Part shown: piece after piece, positions 24,883 to 38,324 of the stretch
Position numbering within the stretch: position 1 is the stretch's first letter
Layout of the letters: each line of letters begins with the position of its first letter
Source of the DNA: Octopus bimaculoides
Taxonomy: Eukaryota
Length of the DNA: 64,000 nucleotides
Direction of reading: 5' to 3'
Assembly (NCBI RefSeq): GCF_001194135.2
Contig: NC_068990.1
Coordinates: 2,307,100-2,371,099 of the forward strand
Program-made: the position numbers and the translations under genes
Notes under the pieces: model-generated
What the model was told of the DNA's origin: nothing
What the model saw: only the letters and a program-made list of their open reading frames with translations
Database searches by the model: none

Positions 24883-25124
24883 CATTTTGTATTCTAAATA
24901 TAACTCAAAGAGGAGAAAAAGGAGGAAAGATGAAAAAAGAAGGAAAGAGGACAAGAAATAAAAGAGTAAGGAAAAAAGAGGGGGAAAGATAAAGAAAGCG
25001 AAAAGACTTTCAGTGATGAAAACATCACACTTTTTCTAAGAGGTCACCATTCTCTTAAAATGAATGGTGGATAGGAAGGGGGATCCCCCTTCTCTCTCTC
25101 CATTCTCTCTCTACATTCTCTCTA

Positions 25125-25144
25125 CCTATCTATCTGTTTGACTG

Positions 25145-25191
<47 letters not shown>

Positions 25192-25478
25192 ATCTATCTA
25201 CCTACTTATAATTTTATCTATCTCCACTGTCTTGGTACCTCACACCCACAACACAAAATCAATGTACTCATCTTCTAAACAACCACTCCCACCAAACATC
25301 TGTTTTATATGAATGAACAAGCTGTTTATACATTCACAAGATTATATTTGGCAAGTTCGAGAAACGAACGAGACCGCTTAAAATAATGAAGAAAGAAATG
25401 ATTTTTCTTGTCTAAAATTCTGACGACACTTTTTCTCCGTATATATGTGTGTGTATGTGTATGTGTGTGTATACGTAA

Positions 25479-25561
<83 letters not shown>

Positions 25562-25575
25562 GAGAGAGAGGTGAT
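25125..25575. repeat. (CTAT)n tract (25125-25215) and (TG)n-(TA)n-(GA)n tract (25441-25575)
   Basis: Read directly. Confidence 0.9.
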
Positions 25576-26501
25576 AGATATATGTGTTCATATATCTATA
25601 TTCTTTTGCATGTGTTTGTGTGTTATTTATCTCTAGTTCTGATTGCAAGTTCAGGTGTACTTTGTGGCTCAATGTATATTAGTACATATGGTTTGGTATG
25701 TGCATATATTTGCTTCGTACCACGGTGAAGAGATACATGTATATTTTATGTGTCTATGTATTCTGTCTGCATATGGATAAAAATTCATACATATATATGC
25801 ATACGTGTATAAACATAAATATACATATAAGCACACACAGACATATACACATATATAAACACATAAGAATATATACGTTTAAATGCGTATACTTTTGCGA
25901 GCAGCATGTTTTCCTTTGTACGTAATGTTGATAGTCTATGTAAACTCATACACATATGCGTGTATACATACATATGCGTACGTGTGTATGTGTGTGAGTT
26001 TGTGTACGTATGCATTTTTGTATGTTTTTATGTATGTACACGTGTAGGTAACCTATATTTATATGTATGGTTCTGAATTTATTATTGTCATTATTATGAA
26101 TATAAATAGCTTTAACCTTCCCATTTATTATATACATATCATTATATCTTATATGTAAGATTTTGACAAAGTGTGTATACATGAGAATATGCATGTATTT
26201 ACCTACAGTTCTCTCTCTCTGTATATGTGTGTCTCTTTTCTGCCTGTCTGTATGTGTTTTTTTCTTATTAGACCTTCATATGTAGGTTTATATATATGTA
26301 CATATACTATATATGCATATGTGGGTGTTATCCTACAATGTGTGCTCTCATGTATATTTGCCTCTGTTTATAGTTAGCATTGAATGATTTCAACTGCTGA
26401 TTCCATCATCATTGGACACTTAATATAGACATACATACATACATACATGCATACATACATACACAGATATATACACACATAATTGTGTATCTGTATGTAT
26501 G

Positions 26502-27480
26502 TATGTAAATTAATGAAAACAGCTGTTTGCAACGTTATACCGTAAAGGAAAATTATAGTCGTCAACTTAACTTCACTAAAGGAGTGAATAATGTATTGCT
26601 AGATCTAGCTCAAATGCTCCAATGCTGTTACAAAGCACATAGCACACGCTCTGATAGGAGCTGCAATCGACCCGAACACCGAACCGATGATTCCTTAGAC
26701 TGAACGCCCATATATATAGGAAAATTTTTCCCTTGAGATGTTTCTTCAGTTGTGCAAAGAGATGAGAGTCGGAGGGGACCAAATCAGCGAGTGAGCTGAG
26801 TGGTCTACCAATTCGAATTCAACGTCGTGTACTTTCCGTAGAGTTTCATGTACTGTTTCTGCTGTTGCAATGTACTGCAAAAACAGGACACCACAACTCA
26901 GCCTTCTACGGCGTTTTTGCTTCCAAGCTACACGCAGTTCGTCCAACAGAGACATGTAGTACATTGCATCGATGGTGCCATCCTTTAGCATGTATTGTAT
27001 GAGAAGTATTCGGTTTTGTCCCAGAACACTGAAGCCAAAATCTTTCCAGTTGATGTCTGTGCCCAAACCTCCCTGGGATGCGGTGAACCGCTGTGACACC
27101 ACTCCAGCAATTGCTGATTTGTTAAGTGATCATAATAAGGAAGCCAAGTTTCAACCATGGTGATTGAACGAGCCATAAAATCAGCTTCTTCCGCTGCAAA
27201 CCGGTGCAAATTCGCCTTTAACGTCGTTACTCTTATGCGCTTCTGATCCGCATTCAAGCATTTCAGCACCGAAACTCCTATTAAAATATATATGTTATTA
27301 TATGCATATATATATATGTATTATCCGGGCGGATACCTTGGTAGCTCTCAGTTATTTTCCAGATTACGGCTATCCGCATCGATTAGTATACAACGTTTAT
27401 GGTTAGTAAGTTTTGTCACTCTCGTTTAAACTCCTGCGATGGGTAATTCCGTTTTCACTTCACTGGATCGTAATAGCACT
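26502..27480 (-). mobile_element. mariner transposon, decayed, interrupted by a (TA)-rich patch
   Basis: Frameshifted ORFs 26985-27269 (LNADQKRIRV..ITMVETW..YD..EWCHSGSPHP..GKILASVFWD), 26746-27102 (YYMSLLDELR..GVLFLQ..FELVDH) and 26576-26782 (VPSDSHLFAQLKKHLKGK). Weak N-terminal similarity continues at 27320-27480. Confidence 0.85.
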
Positions 27481-27749
27481 TGCTGTGCTTATTAGCAATA
27501 ATTATAATGATAATAATGATATGGTACATCCACAAAATTTATGAACGTTATTTTTCAATTTCGTACAGCATATTTTTATGGTTATTATGACACACACGTG
27601 TTTCCCGTGCACAGAGTAGGGACATAATTTTCAGCGCCGCTTCGTTCAGAGTCTTACTCTATGAACTGAAAACACGTGTAGGTCGTCATTACCGTAAAAA
27701 GGTAATACATTTTGAGGATGTACCAGTCTTCATATTCTCTATCGCTTTA

Positions 27750-27870
27750 TATATATATATACACTCACGTACACATACACAAATACATGCATGTATGTAT
27801 GTATACACACATATATATCCATATATATATAAATATTCACACGCACACACACACACATACACACACACAT

Positions 27871-27939
<69 letters not shown>

Positions 27940-27940
27940 A
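27750..27940. repeat. (TA)n/(CA)n microsatellite
   Basis: Read directly. Confidence 0.95.
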
Positions 27941-28471
27941 GTGTGAACATGTGTATATGATCTGCTGGATGCGTTGTTATTCGCTTAGTATTTATTTATT
28001 TATGTGTTTTAGCCAAGTGGCTGCGGTCATGCTGGTGCACCACCGTGAGATATTAATATTTATATTTTCTGGTTATGTCGTACCGATCATTGGAGACCAT
28101 GTTATACTTGCGGACCATGAAACCATTAATGATCTGCGACTAAACCTATTTTTAAAGGAACTTCTATGTTCATTCCCTCGATTTCGTTGCTTGTGTATAT
28201 TTATTTAAGTAGTTTGACTTTAGAGTCCTGTAGCAGCGCGAGGCGTTACTTACAGTAATAGCCCTTTATATAATAATGTATTCTATAATTAAGGAAAAAA
28301 AAATTATATACTTTATATTAATTTTTTCCTCGATTGGTTTTGCACGCTGGCTACTTGATAAATCTTATATAGATTTTATCCTTATATTATATATAAGGTT
28401 ACAAGGTAACGTCGTGGATGTCGTTGGCGATTTTTTCTTCCTCCGTCTTCCCCTCTTTGGACTTTCCTATG

Positions 28472-28505
28472 TTTCCGACGAAGAGCTCCGCTCGAAACGT
28501 CAAAT
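28472..28505 (+). ncRNA. Fossil minimal type-I hammerhead ribozyme motif, Penelope pLTR type
   Basis: ttt-CCGACGA-a-gagc-tcc-gctc-GAAA-c-GTC-aaa: core with one change (CUGA to CCGA), 4-bp stem II, self-complementary ACGT at stem III, short stem I. Confidence 0.55.
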
Positions 28506-28603
28506 TCTCTTTCTTTTCCTGTGCGTCCAGTAACACAATATCTGTATCACGTCCTTGCGTTGTTGTTTTTTGTTGTTTTTTTTTGTTGTTTTTCTTTCTT
28601 GAA

Positions 28604-28644
<41 letters not shown>

Positions 28645-30599
28645 AATGGAGCAAAACTCATGACAATAAAAGTTCCTTTAAGTCCTACATATGTTTCGAA
28701 ATAAATGAGAGTACTTTCACAAAGAAGAAAGAGCTCTGGTAACTATTAACGTATTTAAATTATCGAAAGCTTTAATAACTGAGATAATATTAATATATAC
28801 ATAAACTAATATATATATATATATATATATGAGCGTATGTATTTCGGTCTGTGCTTATATGTGTGTTTTAATTCGCAGTGTATCTACCTATTGTACAAAA
28901 AATTCAAAATGGTTTACCTTTACTTTCCGATTCTCATAAGGAAATAAATAAGTCTTAGAAATTTGGAAAAATGCGAACACATATTTTGAAGGGGGGAAAT
29001 TTATTTATTATTGCAAATCGTTTAGTCTTATGCTATAAAAAATTAAATAAAGTAATCCATGTAAACGGTTAGATGTTCAATTGGTCATAAAGACATTAAA
29101 CTTATTGCATAAGTTTCGTTAGAGTTGTGTGTTCCTACAAAATCCGTAATGCAATGATGCGCCCACGCACTTAACTATGATGACACACGTACATACGCAA
29201 CATAACTACATGCATTAGTAGACTACATGCATTAGATTAGTATTATCAGGTCTATGTGTTTTCTGTTCTAAAATATGGCTTGTATAAAATGATGAATCAA
29301 CAATACTTAGGGGTATATTAGGAAAAATATGGAAGTAATATTGAAAACAATATTTATGTGTTTTAAGTAAAGAAAGAGAGATAGTGGGTCCATTGGATTG
29401 TTAGAAATAATTATATTTGTCAAAGTAGCTCTAACAAACATGTATGGAATAGAAAACAGGTAGAGTTATAACTCAATCTCATAGAAATATATATGAATTT
29501 AAGCATTGCTATTGAGGCATCGAACATGCCATCAATAGGCAGCTACGTAAACTGCCCAGCTGAAAATTTTCATTGTGTTTTTTTTGTCTAAAGAATAGCT
29601 TTATTTATAAGAGGCAAAAGAGGTTTCAATGTTGAAGGTATAAAATTTAAAATTACAAGACCTCTTGTTTCTAATATATCTTCGCAAGAAACAAATGACT
29701 TATCAAATTACTTTTAATTACGTCGTGAAACTCCTTTACACTTTTACTTGTTTCATTCTGCTTTCTGTGACAATACTAAAGCGGTTCCACTGAAAATTAA
29801 GTTGGGTACCATCAACACAACACGAGGTCCTAACCATTAGGCTATCATGACGCCGACACCAAAGATCTTTTACCACCTGCTACCTACACTAAACTTCCAA
29901 ATATTGGATTCTACCATTTAAATGTGCTTTAACATTGGGATCATATATTCAGAACTAAACTCCAATTACTCATCCTTCATTGAGCGGTACTTTAATATTG
30001 AAAATTCACTCTTATATATGGTATAAATTTTTCTTGAGTAGGTGCTTGACTCGTTTTCCAACTTTAAATGCATTGTTTTATGAAGTAACTTACATTCTAT
30101 TGCTGTATATGCTGTTTGATTTAATTTCTGCTGTAGATTTGTATATGAGTACGTAAGTGAATACTCTTAAGTGATGCTTGATAACGTTATATACATATTA
30201 AGTATATACATGTTGAATTATATATATATATATATATATNNNNNNNNNNNNNNNNNNNNNNNNNNNNNNNNNNNNNNNNNNNNNNNNNNNNNNNNNNNNN
30301 NNNNNNNNNNNNNNNNNNNNNNNNNNNNNNNNNNNNNNNNNNNNNNNNNNNNNNNNNNNNNNNNNNNNNNNNNNNNNNNNNNNNNNNNNNNNNNNNNNNN
30401 NNNNNNNNNNNNNNNNNNNNNNNNNNNNNNNNNNNNNNNNNNNNNNNNNNNNNNNNNNNNNNNNNNNNNNNNNNNNNNNNNNNNNNNNNNNNNNNNNATA
30501 ATAATAATAATTATATATAACAAGGGCGTTTTTTAAGCATCAGCTTTGCTAAAAACAGGAGTCAAAATACTCCGAAGCCACAAAAATTAACAGTAGACT

Positions 30600-31800
30600 T
30601 TCACAAGCATGGTTGGAAAACAACTAAGTGAAATAAAGATTGCATATTACCACTGCAGAATTGCAAGAAGGAATGTTAGTTAACTCGCTATCATAATTTC
30701 GAATCTAGCACCAAAAAACACTTGATTCTCCACAGCCAAGTTTGCTAGTAACAGACTTATATATCCTTTCAACCTATGCCGTGCTCGTTTCAATGCCCAA
30801 ACCGCATTGAGTAAAACGAATTAAGCGAATACAATATTTTAAAAACTATATACAGAACAAATCAACAAATGTCAACGTCCTCACCGACTAAACCAAAAAG
30901 CTGCTTCAGTACCATATCATAAATGAATTCTAGAAAGCCAATCTTGGTTTACGATTATTGTTTTGGGGTTAAAAAAAATCTGATCCCCTCCCTATTCGAC
31001 GTATCTATGGAAAGCTATAATGGAGCTCAGATTGCTGATCTATTTATCCTGGGTAGTCTAAGGAATCGCACCCGCCACCATAGTTTGACTTGGCAATTTC
31101 AAGACATAGGAGCTGCTTGCCATGCCATGTACAAGTTCAAGAAATATCTGATAAAATCGTCAAAGAATTCGGTCACTTCGAATTCCATAAAGTCGACATC
31201 CAAAATGTAGCCTTATACCTGAAGACGGGCAAGTACTAACCTTACAGGAAGCCCTACAAGGTAACCGTGTGCATCTACAGAAACTGCCTTCCAGCTATAA
31301 TTAGAAACCTAATCACAAACTTAAGTTGAAAACTTTCAAGAGAGCCGCTCCCAATTATTATTAGGTATCAACGAGAAGTGGTTCATGGAAAAGTTAGTAC
31401 ATATAGACACATCATCCCTTTCCGGTACCCGAAGAGAAACAGAAGGAGAAAGAAAATCTGGATCAATCTTCTGTTTAACTTAACCGTTACAACCAACATA
31501 GTTAGAAACCCCTTGTATTATAAACTTTTCAAACTCTACAGCGTGAAGGTCAGTTACTCCTGCTTAGTAAACATTGCTTCTAATATTGACCGCTATATTA
31601 GACGCAAACACACGCCTGCACAACCTTCAATATACAACTCAATCTGCAATATGAGAAATCTTACCTACTGCCTACTGGGAGGATCATGCTTCTCAAAGAC
31701 CTGTAGAGTCACTCTCAAACAATCCGAAGGCATTACAAGACATTGCACGGCAATGGCAGCCGATGGCTCGACGGGAAGTTTTGTACAGTTTATATATGTA
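30600..31800 (+). mobile_element. Penelope-like element relic (RT and pre-GIY-YIG region)
   Basis: SRKPILVYD..GVKKNLIPSLFDVSMESYNGAQIADL (ORF 30923-31210; compare FDVTMGSxDGAEICEL) and NRRRKKIWINLLFN..VKVSYSCLVNIASNI..CNMRNLTYCLLGGSC (ORF 31378-31821; compare RKRNIIWFNPP..VKVSYSCMPN..CNCRxKxxCPLxGxC). Confidence 0.85.
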
Positions 31801-32020
31801 AAGACTCTTCTTTGTGTATAAAATGTTACACACTTTTATATATTTTAAAAATATTTTATGTCTTATGACCTAATTAAGCATACTAACCACTGGTTATGAA
31901 TTATTTTAATTTATTACCCTCATATTTACGATAGTAATATTTATAATTCAAAGGCTATATAGGACACAGTTTTAAATTTATTTACTACTGGACTATATAT
32001 TTACGCTCGCACACTACGTC

Positions 32021-32199
32021 CGAATCTATAATAGATAAAAATGTAGCTATAATGGATAAAGATGTAAACATATAATGGATAAATATATAATGGATAAAGA
32101 TATAATGGATAAAGATGTAGCTATAATGGATAAAGATGTAAATTTATCCATCTATAAAGGAGCAAGATGTAAAGTTCGAATCTATAACGGATAAAGATG
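32021..32199. repeat. Array of a 13-bp motif TATAA(T/C)(G/A)GATAAA
   Basis: Copies start at 32027, 32048, 32071, 32086, 32101, 32122 and 32183; a degenerate copy at 32153; an inverted partial tttatcca at about 32143-32150. Confidence 0.92.
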
Positions 32200-33502
32200 C
32201 TGCGCACGTGTTTTCGGTGCATATTTGAAACAACATGGCTATTCATTAATTAGCTTTTTCGCAGATGAGCCACAGATCCCAAATTAATTTATTTGAGCAA
32301 TTAATGGCAAAAATCGCGTCCGGGATTAACTAACGCATGTTTTGTTCTAGTGTTCTTAGTGTTATATCGGCGTGCCTCATGAATTCTCTTTTTCGTGGTT
32401 TAGGTTTTAACTGGCGCTTTTAATATATAAGGAATCCTATAAATGGAATACTCTTTGTGTATAAAATGTTTTATACACTTTCATACTTTTAAAAATACGT
32501 TGTCTTATGACTTTATATATATATATATNNNNNNNNNNNNNNNNNNNNNNNNNNNNNNNNNNNNNNNNNNNNNNNNNNNNNNNNNNNNNNNNNNNNNNNN
32601 NNNNNNNNNNNNNNNNNNNNNNNNNNNNNNNNNNNNNNNNNNNNNNNNNNNNNNNNNNNNNNNNNNNNNNNNNNNNNNNNNNNNNNNNNNNNNNNNNNNN
32701 NNNNNNNNNNNNNNNNNNNNNNNNNNNNNNNNNNNNNNNNNNNNNNNNNNNNNNNNNNNNNNNNNNNNNNNNNNNNNNNNNNNNNNNNNNNNNNNNNNNN
32801 NNNNNNNNNNNNNNNNNNNNNNNNNNNNNNNNNNNNNNNNNNNNNNNNNNNNNNNNNNNNNNNNNNNNNNNNNNNNNNNNNNNNNNNNNNNNNNNNNNNN
32901 NNNNNNNNNNNNNNNNNNNNNNNNNNNNNNNNNNNNNNNNNNNNNNNNNNNNNNNNNNNNNNNNNNNNNNNNNNNNNNNNNNNNNNNNNNNNNNNNNNNN
33001 NNNNNNNNNNNNNNNNNNNNNNNNNNNNNNNNNNNNNNNNNNNNNNNNNNNNNNNNNNNNNNNNNNNNNNNNNNNNNNNNNNNNNNNNNNNNNNNNNNNN
33101 NNNNNNNNNNNNNNNNNNNNNNNNNNNNNNNNNNNNNNNNNNNNNNNNNNNNNNNNNNNNNNNNNNNNNNNNNNNNNNNNNNNNNNNNNNNNNNNNNNNN
33201 NNNNNNNNNNNNNNNNNNNNNNNNNNNNNNNNNNNNNNNNNNNNNNNNNNNNNNNNNNNNNNNNNNNNNNNNNNNNNNNNNNNNNNNNNNNNNNNNNNNN
33301 NNNNNNNNNNNNNNNNNNNNNNNNNNNNNNNNNNNNNNNNNNNNNNNNNNNNNNNNNNNNNNNNNNNNNNNNNNNNNNNNNNNNNNNNNNNNNNNNNNNN
33401 NNNNNNNNNNNNNNNNNNNNNNNNNNNNNNNNNNNNNNNNNNNNNNNNNNNNNNNNNNNNNNNNNNNNNNNNNNNNNNNNNNNNNNNNNNNNNNNNNNNN
33501 NN

Positions 33503-33677
33503 ATATATATGTATGTATGTATGTGCGTATGTATGTGTATGTGTGTGTATTTATGTATGTATGTATGTATGCATGCTTGTATGTATGCATGCATGTATGT
33601 ATGCATGCATGTATGCATGACTATATATGCGTATATATATGTGCATGTGTGTTTGCGCGTGTGTATGCATGTGTGCG

Positions 33678-33731
<54 letters not shown>

Positions 33732-33740
33732 ATACACATA
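33503..33740. repeat. (TATG)n/(TA)n/(TG)n tract after the largest gap (N 32529-33502)
   Basis: Read directly. Confidence 0.95.
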
Positions 33741-34675
33741 ACACTATGGAAATCATCTGAATCCATATAACTCCTTAGAACTCTTTAAAACTTCCGGCTT
33801 TATTCAAAACACATATCTAATCAATGGCTAAGGAAATAGAGTTGGTAAAAATATGTTCCTATATAATATCTTGAGTGGAGATATATGTAAAATCACTGGT
33901 GTTTCTTTAGAAATTAACAAGTAATGCAATTAGTTAGCACTATTTTCAGAATTATGTGTACCAAATCATAAAACATCCTGCATAGATAATACTCAGTCTT
34001 ATGTAACTTCATTTATGCTACTCTCGACTGCCTTTCTACAATTTCCCTGCTGCAGGAGAAATATAGCTATCGAGTTGTCGGTTAAATGTCACTTTATGCT
34101 GTTCTTATTTTTCAAGTATATTTCTCCCACTCTTTCGGTATCCCTAACTCTTAAATATGTCGGCTATAAACATTAGTGCTCTTCAGGAAACGTTTACGGC
34201 TATCGTTATTTTTACCTGTCATATAATGTGCTGATGTCTTGATTTAAATCTGGTGGTGTATTTTGCTCTTAAAAATAATGAAAAAAAAAAAAAAAAAATA
34301 ATGGACGCTATAATGTTCAGAAAAAATGAATGTGATGTATGTTTGTACATTAGCCTGCGGGTGCTCGAGTGTGTGAGTGTAAGCTTTTATTTCTTTGCAT
34401 GTGAATGTATTTCAGAGTAACTGGAAGTTGAACGCACTAAGCGAATGCAAAATAGTGAAGCAAAAGTGCGAGAGAAGAATAAATGTAGTTGAAGATATAA
34501 AAGTCAAAGAAGGAAAGAAAAATGGATTAAGTCAAATTAATGGTTGCTATGGAATTATTATGTAGTGAGTAGAATAAGAATAGTTTGAGAGAGCAGAACA
34601 AAAATGTGTAAAGAAATGACAGATAATGAGAAGTAAAATAAAAGCCATATTAAAGAAACAAGTGATCGGAAGAGA

Positions 34676-34707
34676 TTGAGAGAGGGAGAAATTGAGAGAG
34701 AGAGGGG

Positions 34708-34767
<60 letters not shown>

Positions 34768-34870
34768 GAGAGTGAAAGCAAGCGAGTGTGTGTGAGAGAG
34801 AGAGAAGGAGTGAAGACAAGAGAGTGCATTAGAGAGAGAGAGAGAGAAAGAGAAAGAGTGAAGAAGAGAG
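34676..34870. repeat. (GA)n polypurine tract
   Basis: Read directly. Confidence 0.92.
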
Positions 34871-35899
34871 ATGTAAAAGGAAATAATATTGAAAGTCAAC
34901 CGGAGAAATGAAAAGAATTTAAAATGGACAAAAAGGAAAGCAGGTGTATTAGATATACCATTAAGACAATAAATGGAAAGATTGTGCAAAGAAAAGAAAA
35001 GAAGAAAGACTGGGTTTATTCGTTTGTCTTTTGTCTGTGCATATGTGTGCTTTATTTCGTTGTAGCACATCTAGATTTTAGCACTAGTATAGTGAGATGT
35101 TCTCATTGGTGCAATTACTACGTATTCTTGCTACTTATAACCACTGTATGGAATTTGGTATTGTTCGCCAAGCAGAAAGCATAGTACTGAAGCCTGTTCT
35201 GTAGTCTAACAGCTGAATATGCTCACAGTTATTTTAGCAGACGTTGTAGAATTGTATTCATAAAAGGCATTGTCCAATTATACAGAAGAACATGGTTCAG
35301 TGCAAATTGTTTGTGAAACAGTGTATATGACGATTTTTAGTTGTATTAAGGCACCGTCTGGTAAAATATCATAGCAAAAATAAAAAAAGGGATACAATTT
35401 TAAATATTTACAAACAATATTTGAGAGAAGAGAAAAAAACATGTATCAGCATATTTAATGCACAATGCAATGAAAAATCAAAAATATTATATATGCGGTG
35501 AGAGAAATAAAAAAACGGTGTTAATGTCTCATGCCACATACAGTTTAATTTTCATACTTAGTTCGCATTCATTCTGAATTCCTCAGCCATGAATGTATCG
35601 GGCACACATTTTAGAGTAACTACAAAGAGAATCACTGAATCACCTCAGCCATGTACATATGCATATATATAAATATATGTATATATCTATGATTCCATAT
35701 ATGTGTATATGTATGTAACTGTAGTGCCTTTTCGACTAATAAACACTGTGTGTGTGTGCATGTGTTTGTTATATATAAAGTATATAATTACATGTATGTA
35801 AAGTGTATATTATATTCTATTATGCCTGTAATATATTTGCGCTTTATTTCCAGTCATGCGTCACTAAACGTTCGATAATCTCGATTCAGATGAACAATT

Positions 35900-36385
35900 T
35901 CATACCAGTAGTGGCCTCTTCAGTTGCCAGCATCCTAAAGCGAATACTTGTCCGCTGATGATTCTGCTCTTGATGTTGAAACATCTATGATAACATCTGT
36001 CAAAGAATCAGAGGAGTATGTTAATCGTTTCTAAAATGCTAGTAAGGCTTTCGGTTTCGCCATCAACATTGAAAAGAACGAACACGTCCACAAGTCAAGG
36101 CGCATATCCAAGCAAATGGGTTGGTGGTGTAAAAAAAACAACAACAACAACCAGTTCATCAATTCTTTACTAATGCCATTACTATCGTTGAGAAAAACCT
36201 GAACTACGTAAAAATTTCCACATATCTGCGGAGCAGAGTCAACTCAAGTACCACTCTTCATTATGAAACAACCAAACGTATTACCAAAGCTACAAATGGT
36301 TTCGGCAAGATTCACCATCGTCTGTTGGAAACGAAAATTAATATCTACTAAACTGTCGTTCGTTTTACTCTCTCTACTCCCTTCT
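35900..36385 (+). mobile_element. RTE-clade LINE RT fragment, pseudogenised
   Basis: LSADDSAL (35948-35971, decayed YADD), VNRF*NASKAFGFAINI, YLRS resembling YLGS (about 36223-36235), TKRITKATNGFGKIHHRL (36271-36324), TKINIY. Confidence 0.78.
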
Positions 36386-38283
36386 AATCACAGATAGGAA
36401 AGTAAGCTATCCCTCGATAAATCTCAAGGAATGTCTGTAATAAATGTTACACATTTGGTGACTTCAGGAAATTCTAAATCCCAGAAAAAACCCTCAAAAA
36501 AACAAAACAAAAGGAAAATATCAAATAAAGGATTCTAACATTAATAAAAAATCCGATAAGTAAATAAGTATTTAGAATGAAGAAATTTGAATCAAATCGT
36601 AGAAAATTGCATGTCGAAGACTGAGTGATAAGAAAAAGGCAAGCAAAAATGTTTTCTTTAATTTGCTCTTCCACCAAGAAACATCGTTACAAGCTGTAAA
36701 CTATCGATGCGATATTTGTATGATCATAATATATAATGTAGTCCTATGTGTGGTTTGTACATCAGAATTAAGTAGTTGACGATAATAACAAGAACATATT
36801 TGATGGCTTGCTCGGTCATGACTGACCTAGGGTTATATAAAGAAAATAATACCAATGTCAGCAACACAGCAAAGGAAGAAGCTGAGATAATATCATTTGG
36901 AAATTCAATAGCACTGGAAGCCTGCCAATATAATAATTAAACGGAATTTACAAGAAGGAAGATGAAAAGAAAATTTAAAAAAAAAATTGGAAACTTATCT
37001 CAATTTCTAAAAACGAGACAGAGTTGTTGGGTCAAGCTTAAAATACACAGGTCAACATATTAACAGCAGCAAGTGGCATTTTCTAAGGAGAACGTAGTTT
37101 TCATGGTATATCACAAAGCTGTTACCAAGGAGAACTTGCAGAGGATTGGACCAGACTGGAAGAGTTAATGTCTGAACATATCGACAGTCCTTAGAAACAT
37201 ATGCTGTATAATTTATGCAAATAACATAACTGATGATAACGACAATGCTGTGCCACATTAATATAATTCAATCATTGACATATAAGTGTGTGTGTGTGTG
37301 TGTGTGTGTATCTGAGTCAGAATATATGTGTTTGTATGAATTAATTATCAAAGGATTTATATATTGTTTAAGTGATGTAGATCTAAGAATAACAGATGAT
37401 ACGAATCCTAACATAATTCATTTTTCTTATATTACTTTTCTTTACGCACAAATCAAGGTTCTTTTACTGGAAACTTAATGAGAAATTAATTCATGTCCAT
37501 AAGAATTCCCATGACCCACCCATTGTTCTCAGAAATTTAATTTCTAATATTAATTAGATAGGGACTTAAACTTCACTCTTCCTGGATGAAAGCACATTAC
37601 TTAGAATCTCTAAGTAAGATAATGAGCCATAACGTAATATATATGTAATATGTATGATACAAATACATATATATATAATTAGCATATCAATGATTCCCTA
37701 ACTAAGAAAAAGCAAGCGAAAATAACTACGTCATGAGTATGGTATATGCATAATGTAGGGCCGGTGTAGATAAAAGAGCAATGTCTCAGAAAGCACCAAA
37801 ACAATATATCATATTTTAACGTGTATAAGGAACACTCATGGATAAGGAAGCCGCTAATTTAGGGGGCTTAACATTTGAAAATAAGGTTTAGTAAGATATT
37901 GTAATACTATCCATGTATTACTCCCATAGTTTTGTAACCTAATTTTTGACAAAAAAGGGTTCCTCATACACGTTAAAATACGGTAGTTCCTGTAGGTTAG
38001 AATAGTTATAGTATCATGTAGAATTTTGTAGTTGATGCTTAGGAGGGAAAAAGATTTGCAATAGAGTGAGTCAAAGAATCTATATATTCTTTGATAGTAT
38101 AAAAGTTCATCGTTAAGCATGTGGTTCCGAAATCGTAATGGTTCCTGACATTAGTGATGAAAAAATATCAACTCGTAGCACCAGTTTTGTGTAACATTGG
38201 CACATTCAAAGGTTTATGTTATACAATGTATGAATATACATACATACATACATACATACATACATAAATACATATATATATAC

Positions 38284-38319
<36 letters not shown>

Positions 38320-38324
38320 ATATA

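Noticed and set aside
32021-32199. Motif array considered as a CRISPR-like array
   Set aside because: Eukaryotic context, 13-bp units, very short non-unique spacers and no cas genes.
34155-34195. Minus-strand ctgaagag...ccga hammerhead-like words
   Set aside because: Stem II does not pair and the GAAA box is missing.
37065-37195. Two overlapping 35-40-codon open frames that look exon-like
   Set aside because: No recognisable protein and no convincing acceptor/donor pair.
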